From Bacteriovoracia bacterium (lineage in GTDB: Bacteria; Bdellovibrionota; Bacteriovoracia; Bacteriovoracales; Bacteriovoracaceae), in contig JBKHVI010000071.1 of assembly GCA_046570105.1 (NCBI GenBank), forward strand, positions 1 through 11,745: DNA of 11,745 nucleotides, written 5' to 3'. The position numbers and the translations under genes are program-made. The notes beneath the pieces were generated by a model. That model had not been told where the DNA came from. It saw only the letters and a program-made list of their open reading frames with translations, and did no database searches. Of the stretch, positions 6,964 through 11,745 are shown one piece after another (position 1 is the stretch's first letter; the number at the start of each line of letters is the position of its first letter).

Positions 6964-8685
6964 CTATCCCGCTAAATGTTTGAGGAAATCCTTAAAAAGA
7001 TCTGAGCGCTGAGACAACTCCGCTGGTGTCCCGATATCCACTAAGACACCCGCATCCATCACCACGAGACGTTGGGCAGAAAGAATTGTTTCTACGCGGT
7101 GAGTGACGATAATCGTGAGTGAGTGCTGCTGCACAAAAAGCACCAAGTCGCGAAGAGCGCGCTCGAGATCAGGATCAAGCCCGGAAGACACTTCATCAAA
7201 CAAAACGATCGGTTTACGCAAATAACAGGCACGCAGGCCACTGAGTAACTGCTTTTGACCTAAGGACAACGTCTTGGGATCAATCACACTTGTGGGAGTA
7301 ATGCCCCAACGACGCAAATACGGCAGAGCCGCCTGGGCCTTTTGCCAAAACTCATCAAAATCCAAACTATCTTCACTCAAAGCGACATTAAAGCGCACAC
7401 TGGCGGAGAACACGTGGGAATCTTGCGAAACGAGACTCACCTGCTGACAAAGCTGAAACAGATCGGCGTTCTTCTCCATACTGAGCGAGAGATCATTCAA
7501 TTTCATGATGCCCTGAAACGATCCGTGCTGACCGGACAACAGACGCAAGAGTGTCGACTTGCCACAGCCCGATGAACCGACAATCCCAATCAGCTCACCT
7601 GGTTTTCCGGAGAAGACAATATTTTTTAATTCAAAGGCACTCTCTCCTTCGCGAGGAGGATAGGCGTAGTAATCCACGCGCACTTTGAATTCATTTAATT
7701 CAATCACATCACTCTTGGTGTTCAATTCGTCTTGGGCAAAGTGCATTTGGAAATCCAAGATTCTCTCAACACCCGTCTTCGCACGCTGGATACTGGAAAT
7801 TTTTCCCGCGACCTCTTTAATCGGTGTAATGGATTTCTGAATCAGATCAATCAACACCGCTAAGAGAGCAAGCTTGGCCCCTTGGCCATCAGGGAAGAAG
7901 AACAACACCAATGCCAACAAAATCGGATAAAGCGATTCCGCCGCTGAGTAATAACCCGCATCCCAGACATTGGACTTCAATTGCTTCTGTAAAAAATCAT
8001 CAAACACGCGATCCCCGCGTTTCGAGGCGTATTTGGCGTGCGGTGTGAAAGCCAACTCGCGCAGACCTTGGGTGACATCCGTCACCACGCGCGACAAATA
8101 CCCCGTGCTCTGGCGAACCGAGGCAAAAATCACACCCATCTTGCGTGAGCCCCAAATCAACAACACACAGGCGACAAGTTCTAAGAAAAATAATCCACCA
8201 CCGAGTCCCGCATCGAGGCGCAAGAAACCAATCAAGGCGGAAACAATAAAGACAAAATCAATAAAGATGGCAAAAGCACCGGAGGTCACCAATTCTTTCA
8301 CGGCATCACTGTCCGACATAATCCGTGCGAGAACTTCACCCATCGGAAATTCGTCTTCTTGGCCCTTGCGACGAATTTTCAACGGCGCTCGCATCCACAA
8401 ACCAAACGTGCGTGCGCGCGTCTCACCCAAGAGATGCTGAACATACTTATAGGTACTGATCTGATAACCCAGACGATTCACATACTCGGCGAGGAACAAT
8501 CCACCTAAAACCAAGAATGGAGTCAGGGCATCTTTTTGAAAATCCTGATAAAAATCTTCTGTGATCCCAGGCAATAGAATACCAATCACGGCCGTGAGGG
8601 CCATGTGAAATAGCATCATACCTAACCAGCGCCGACCTTTCTCAGGGATGAGAAACGGCAACCAGTTGTTCACGGAAAAATTCAA
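6964..8685 (-). CDS. ABC exporter half-transporter (TMD-NBD), MdlB/YheH-like subunit
   Basis: N-terminal TM domain, Walker A GSSGCGKS, Q-loop VSQD, deviant signature LSLGQ, Walker B VLFDE and H-loop THR. The TTG start has GAGGGAG 6 nt upstream and overlaps the partner gene by 44 nt. Confidence 0.92.
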   Translation of the reverse strand: MNFSVNNWLPFLIPEKGRRWLGMMLFHMALTAVIGILLPGITEDFYQDFQKDALTPFLVLGGLFLAEYVNRLGYQISTYKYVQHLLGETRARTFGLWMRAPLKIRRKGQEDEFPMGEVLARIMSDSDAVKELVTSGAFAIFIDFVFIVSALIGFLRLDAGLGGGLFFLELVACVLLIWGSRKMGVIFASVRQSTGYLSRVVTDVTQGLRELAFTPHAKYASKRGDRVFDDFLQKQLKSNVWDAGYYSAAESLYPILLALVLFFFPDGQGAKLALLAVLIDLIQKSITPIKEVAGKISSIQRAKTGVERILDFQMHFAQDELNTKSDVIELNEFKVRVDYYAYPPREGESAFELKNIVFSGKPGELIGIVGSSGCGKSTLLRLLSGQHGSFQGIMKLNDLSLSMEKNADLFQLCQQVSLVSQDSHVFSASVRFNVALSEDSLDFDEFWQKAQAALPYLRRWGITPTSVIDPKTLSLGQKQLLSGLRACYLRKPIVLFDEVSSGLDPDLERALRDLVLFVQQHSLTIIVTHRVETILSAQRLVVMDAGVLVDIGTPAELSQRSDLFKDFLKHLAG

Positions 8686-10309
8686 ACAACGCTCCCTCAG
8701 TCAATTTATCCTGACCTGACCCAATAGCTTTCACACCGATCTTGGGATCTAGTAAAATCGTCTTGTCACACGTCCGCACCGTGGTTAAACGATGAGACGT
8801 TAAAATAAATGTCTTCTTCTTGATATCAGCGCGACTACGCAGCACTTGAATAATTTTTCGCTCGAGCAATAAATCCACCGATGAGAACGGATCATCCCAC
8901 AGAACCACATCACTGGGGGCCAAGAGCGAGCGAACCAGTGCCAAGCGCTTGGCCTGTCCACCGGATAACCTCTTCCCATTCTCTCCCACTTCTAATTCCA
9001 AAAGTGAGCCATCGCCGGACGCGAGAATATCTAAACCAAATAGCTTCAACAGTTCCAACGCAAACGCGCGATCACCTTCCAAAACCTCACGGCCTAAGAA
9101 AATATTGGCTTCAATCGTGTCATTAAACAAATAAGGCTCTTGTTGCACCATCGCGAATGGAATCTTGTGCGCGGCCAGACGATGGGCCATTTTGCGCAAC
9201 AACTCTGACTTCCCACTCCCCGTCTCACCACAGATCACCGTCCATGAACCGATACCCAGTTCAACCGCAATACGTGACTCCCAATAAGGCAGTGAAAATT
9301 TCAAATCACTCGAACTCTGATTCAACTCACCTAACCAATGCGCCTCTTCCGGGTGCACCTCATTGATCACCTTATACAAACCCTTCACTCGCTTCCAAGC
9401 AGCGTAACCTTGTGTCGCCACAATCGCCATCCACGACAAAAACATCAACGGCTCAAGCATCAAAAATAAATATCCCGCAAAGAACACCAAATCCGATGCT
9501 CCCCCACCACTCTCTCGCAAAATCCAAGCGCCCCATAACAGCGATGCGCCTAAACCTAAACGAATCATCGGTACGCTAAAAGCAAAACCTACTGATGATT
9601 TGAAAAACAATCCCAATTCAACTGAAGAGAGATCCACAAAGCGCTGAATAAAAGTTTCTTCACGATGATAATTCTTCACCGTCGCCTTCGCGGCATAGGA
9701 TTCAATCACATGGTTTTGTACTTGCCCTTGAGCATCTAGCGCGCGCTTAGCGTATTTTTGAAAGACCGCCGTTAAAACAGAGAATAATAAAACCGACACC
9801 CCCATGGGAATGAACGCCGGCCACATACCTGACGACGCTTCATTCAAACGCGGGATCATCACCCACGCCGCCACGATCACATTCCCGACCTGCAACAGCG
9901 CAAATCCTACAAACCCACGCAGATTGTTAAAGTCATTAAACAGCACTTGATACAACTGCCCATCATTCCAAGCAGCGTAGCGCGCCGGCGGAGTTTCTTC
10001 TAAGCGCTCCAACATCTCTGTACGCAAGAGTTTCTGTTGATAGCGTGCGGGAGTGAAAAATAATAAACGCGAGAGCGTTCTAAAAACCAAAATCCCAAGC
10101 GCAATTAATAAAAACGTGCCAATCGGTGCGTCCGGCAAACCCGTTCCACCCATGGCACCATCAGTAAGTTTCTTCACTTCCGCCGGAAGTTGCGTCTGTA
10201 AGCGATGCAAGGCCCAGAGTGAAAAGAAGGCGCCCAGGTACCAAAACCAGAATTCAAAAAAATGGGCTGTGAGCCAGGGAAGAAATTTGCGATGGAGACG
10301 CTGTGACAT
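8642..10309 (-). CDS. ABC exporter half-transporter (TMD-NBD), MdlA/YheI-like subunit
   Basis: TM domain, Walker A GETGSGKS, QEP, VGENGKRLSGGQ, degenerate Walker B VLWDD, PFSSVD and SHR. The start is uncertain: ATG 10309 is preferred over 10342 because a -10-like TAGACT lies between them. Confidence 0.9.
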   Translation of the reverse strand: MSQRLHRKFLPWLTAHFFEFWFWYLGAFFSLWALHRLQTQLPAEVKKLTDGAMGGTGLPDAPIGTFLLIALGILVFRTLSRLLFFTPARYQQKLLRTEMLERLEETPPARYAAWNDGQLYQVLFNDFNNLRGFVGFALLQVGNVIVAAWVMIPRLNEASSGMWPAFIPMGVSVLLFSVLTAVFQKYAKRALDAQGQVQNHVIESYAAKATVKNYHREETFIQRFVDLSSVELGLFFKSSVGFAFSVPMIRLGLGASLLWGAWILRESGGGASDLVFFAGYLFLMLEPLMFLSWMAIVATQGYAAWKRVKGLYKVINEVHPEEAHWLGELNQSSSDLKFSLPYWESRIAVELGIGSWTVICGETGSGKSELLRKMAHRLAAHKIPFAMVQQEPYLFNDTIEANIFLGREVLEGDRAFALELLKLFGLDILASGDGSLLELEVGENGKRLSGGQAKRLALVRSLLAPSDVVLWDDPFSSVDLLLERKIIQVLRSRADIKKKTFILTSHRLTTVRTCDKTILLDPKIGVKAIGSGQDKLTEGALFEFFREQLVAVSHP

Positions 10310-10317
10310 AGAGGAGA

Positions 10318-10347
10318 AGTCTAGCGACGCGCAGAGCAGCATGTCCT
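10318..10347 (-). promoter_or_regulatory. Candidate sigma70 promoter of the ABC operon (near-leaderless)
   Basis: AGGACA (10347-10342), 18 nt, TAGACT (10323-10318), TCTCCTCT, ATG 10309. No SD. Confidence 0.4.
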
Positions 10348-10367
10348 GAAGAATCCCGCATGTCTTA

Positions 10368-10397
10368 TAGACAAAGTGACGGCCCCTCTTTTAGGAT
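10368..10397 (+). promoter_or_regulatory. Candidate sigma70 promoter of tRNA-Val
   Basis: TAGACA (10368-10373), 18 nt, TAGGAT (10392-10397), then the GC-rich discriminator GTCCCCCAC and the tRNA 5' end. Confidence 0.6.
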
Positions 10398-10406
10398 GTC
10401 CCCCAC

Positions 10407-10483
10407 GCGCCCGTAGCTCAGTTGGTTAGAGTATTACCTTGACATGGTAGGGGTCACAAGTTCGAATCTTGTCGGGCGCACCA
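10407..10483 (+). tRNA. tRNA-Val (anticodon GAC)
   Basis: Acceptor stem GCGCCCG/CGGGCGC, D arm GCTC-AGTTGGTTA-GAGT, anticodon arm TTACC-TTGACAT-GGTAG (GAC at 10441-10443), T arm ACAAG-TTCGAAT-CTTGT, discriminator A and encoded CCA. Length 77 nt. Confidence 0.98.
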
Positions 10484-10518
10484 TTCTTTTTAGTTATGTT
10501 TTGAGGCAAGCTTACCCT

Positions 10519-10704
10519 ATGGAAAAAGCAGTTATAACCTCAGATCAATCCGAACAATCAAAGCTCCCTCATGATCAACTCAATCTGATTGAGCGCAATC
10601 TTGAATTGTCCATCGATGAACGAATTAACCAACTCCAAAGTGCCGTAGACTTGATTGAAGAGATGAGGCGCTCATTGAGAGAAGTAAATGAGAACAGATT
10701 TTAG
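10519..10704 (+). CDS. 61-aa helical hypothetical protein, candidate antitoxin
   Basis: The track ORF 10444..10704 starts inside the tRNA, and the next in-frame ATG is 10519 (MEKAVIT...LIERNLELSIDERINQLQSAVDLIEEMRRSL...). It overlaps the nucleotidyltransferase start by 17 nt. Confidence 0.7.
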   Translation: MEKAVITSDQSEQSKLPHDQLNLIERNLELSIDERINQLQSAVDLIEEMRRSLREVNENRF

Positions 10705-11170
10705 AACACTCATAAGCAAGCTTGCCGAAAACGGATTTGAATTTGTTGTTGTTGGCGGTTTTGCAGCTTCGGCTTATGGATCAACTTATGTTACCCACGA
10801 TTTGGATGTCTGCGCAGTTCTGACACCGGAGAATATTACAAAGTTAAGGAAAATCTTAGAGGATATTCATCCTCTACATCGAATGATGATTCCAAAAAAG
10901 TCTTTCATTGAAATCCCAGAAAACCTAGAAGGTATTAATAATCTCTATCTCTCGACAGATGCAGGGGTACTTGATCTTATTTCTAATGTAGTTGGTGTCG
11001 GAGATTTCTCTGTTGTTTGTAAGTCGGCAGTTGAAATTACAATTCTCGGGAACAAATGCAAGATCATCTCACTGGACGATCTCATTAAATGTAAGAAGAC
11101 CTTAAAAAGACCTAAGGATCTGTTAGTTGCAGATGAATTAGAAGTCATTCGAGCAAAAGAAAAAAAGTGA
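10688..11170 (+). CDS. Pol-beta-superfamily nucleotidyltransferase (AbiEii/DUF1814/MenT1-like), candidate toxin
   Basis: Motifs VVVGGFAASAYG..VTHDLDV (G23-G24, T36, D38, D40), VLDLI and LIKCK....RPKD in 160 aa. Confidence 0.8.
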   Translation: MRTDFRTLISKLAENGFEFVVVGGFAASAYGSTYVTHDLDVCAVLTPENITKLRKILEDIHPLHRMMIPKKSFIEIPENLEGINNLYLSTDAGVLDLISNVVGVGDFSVVCKSAVEITILGNKCKIISLDDLIKCKKTLKRPKDLLVADELEVIRAKEKK

Positions 11171-11237
11171 TAAATTAACTTACTCTAAAAATGCTCTGAC
11201 GAAAGCGGGCTTTAACTTTCTAACCTAAGTCTATTTT

Positions 11238-11594
11238 ATGAAAAACTTCCTCGCCATCTACACTTGTGCCGAAAACAGTGCCAACCACCAAGCGTGGAAG
11301 AAGCTGGATGAAAAGACACAGCAAGAGCGTTTGCAGCTTGGCATGAAAGCGCTTGGGGAATGGATGACGAAGTATAAAGACCACATCGTCCATCAGGGTG
11401 GCCCTTTGGGTAATCAAACTAAAAGAATTAACACTCAAGGTATTACAGATGCTCCCAGCTTGATGGGAGCATTCTTGATTGTGAAGGCCAACTCTCACGA
11501 CGAGGCGGCCAGCATGTTCTTAGAGCATCCCCACTTTGCTATTTTCCCGGGCGATGGTGTGGAAGTATTGGAGTGTCTTGAAACTCCCCGCTGA
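11238..11594 (+). CDS. YciI-family (dimeric alpha/beta barrel) protein
   Basis: 118 aa with the pattern F-LAIY ... W ... GGPLG.TKRI...GITD ... MGAFLIVKANSHDEAA.MF.EHPH ... GVEVLE, typical of YCII-related proteins. Confidence 0.75.
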   Translation: MKNFLAIYTCAENSANHQAWKKLDEKTQQERLQLGMKALGEWMTKYKDHIVHQGGPLGNQTKRINTQGITDAPSLMGAFLIVKANSHDEAASMFLEHPHFAIFPGDGVEVLECLETPR

Positions 11595-11745
11595 TTTCAA
11601 TTATCTCTGTGAGCACGTCTTTGCTGTCTGTGGTTTCACCTACACGCAACCTGTTGCAGAAGCTGAGAGCGCAGAATATGAGGCCTATCGATTCAAACTC
11701 AACGGCCAAGCCGTTTGCTATCGCCAAGCGAAAGTCACACCGACC
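11578..11745 (+). CDS. mepB: MepB-family protein, 5' part (runs off the window end)
   Basis: Frame +1 reads (TTG)KLPADFNYLCEHVFAVCGFTYTQPVAEAESAEYEAYRFKLNGQAVCYRQAKVTPT. This matches the remembered MepB N-terminal pattern E.ES.EY.A..F.L.G....R.AK.TP. GGAG lies at 11570-11573; an alternative ATG is at 11554. Confidence 0.75.
   Translation, partial: MKLPADFNYLCEHVFAVCGFTYTQPVAEAESAEYEAYRFKLNGQAVCYRQAKVTPT

Noticed and set aside
754..10349. Many short track ORFs antisense to or nested in the long genes (e.g. 754..1041, 2051..2431, 2625..2981, 4041..4406, 5220..5636, 7970..8440, 10053..10349)
   Set aside because: They are shadow frames of well-supported CDSs, with no recognisable motifs.
10407..10483. 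Functional link between queG and the nearby tRNA
   Set aside because: Queuosine occurs only in GUN-anticodon tRNAs (Asn, Asp, His, Tyr), so tRNA-Val(GAC) is not a substrate.
10444..10518. N-terminal 25 codons of track ORF 10444..10704
   Set aside because: The ATG lies in the tRNA anticodon arm; ATG 10519 is the plausible start.
11193..11220. CTGACGA followed by the small dyad AAAGCGGGCTTT, considered as a hammerhead ribozyme core or terminator
   Set aside because: There is no GAAA after the putative stem II and no stems I or III, and the stem is too weak with no proper U-tract for a terminator.
10945..11727. Minus-strand ORFs 10945..11148, 11220..11498 and 11539..11727
   Set aside because: They are antisense to the NTase, YciI and MepB genes, which have recognisable motifs.

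Overview
Bacterial chromosomal window of roughly 45-50% GC by eye; the host cannot be established from the sequence. The + strand starts with the 3' end of an unknown CDS and a YrbG/CaCA cation antiporter. A long minus-strand run follows, in transcription order: a heterodimeric ABC exporter pair, a DsbA-like lipoprotein with a terminator, a 647-aa Pro/Trp/Cys-free helical protein, pyruvate kinase and queG. On the + strand at the right are tRNA-Val(GAC), a lower-GC two-gene islet (61-aa helical protein plus nucleotidyltransferase), a YciI-family gene, and a MepB-family gene cut by the window edge and missed by the ORF track. Three observations stand out. (1) The pyruvate kinase carries a C-terminal dicluster ferredoxin domain whose second motif has Asp in place of Cys, and it overlaps the Fe-S/B12 reductase gene queG by ATGA. 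(2) The 647-aa protein keeps one 11-residue register almost end to end, with 15 of 22 Tyr at positions 6 mod 11, and has a CsrA-type site in its leader. (3) A MenA1/MenT1-like candidate toxin-antitoxin pair lies directly behind the tRNA. All family assignments come from remembered motifs; no searches were run.
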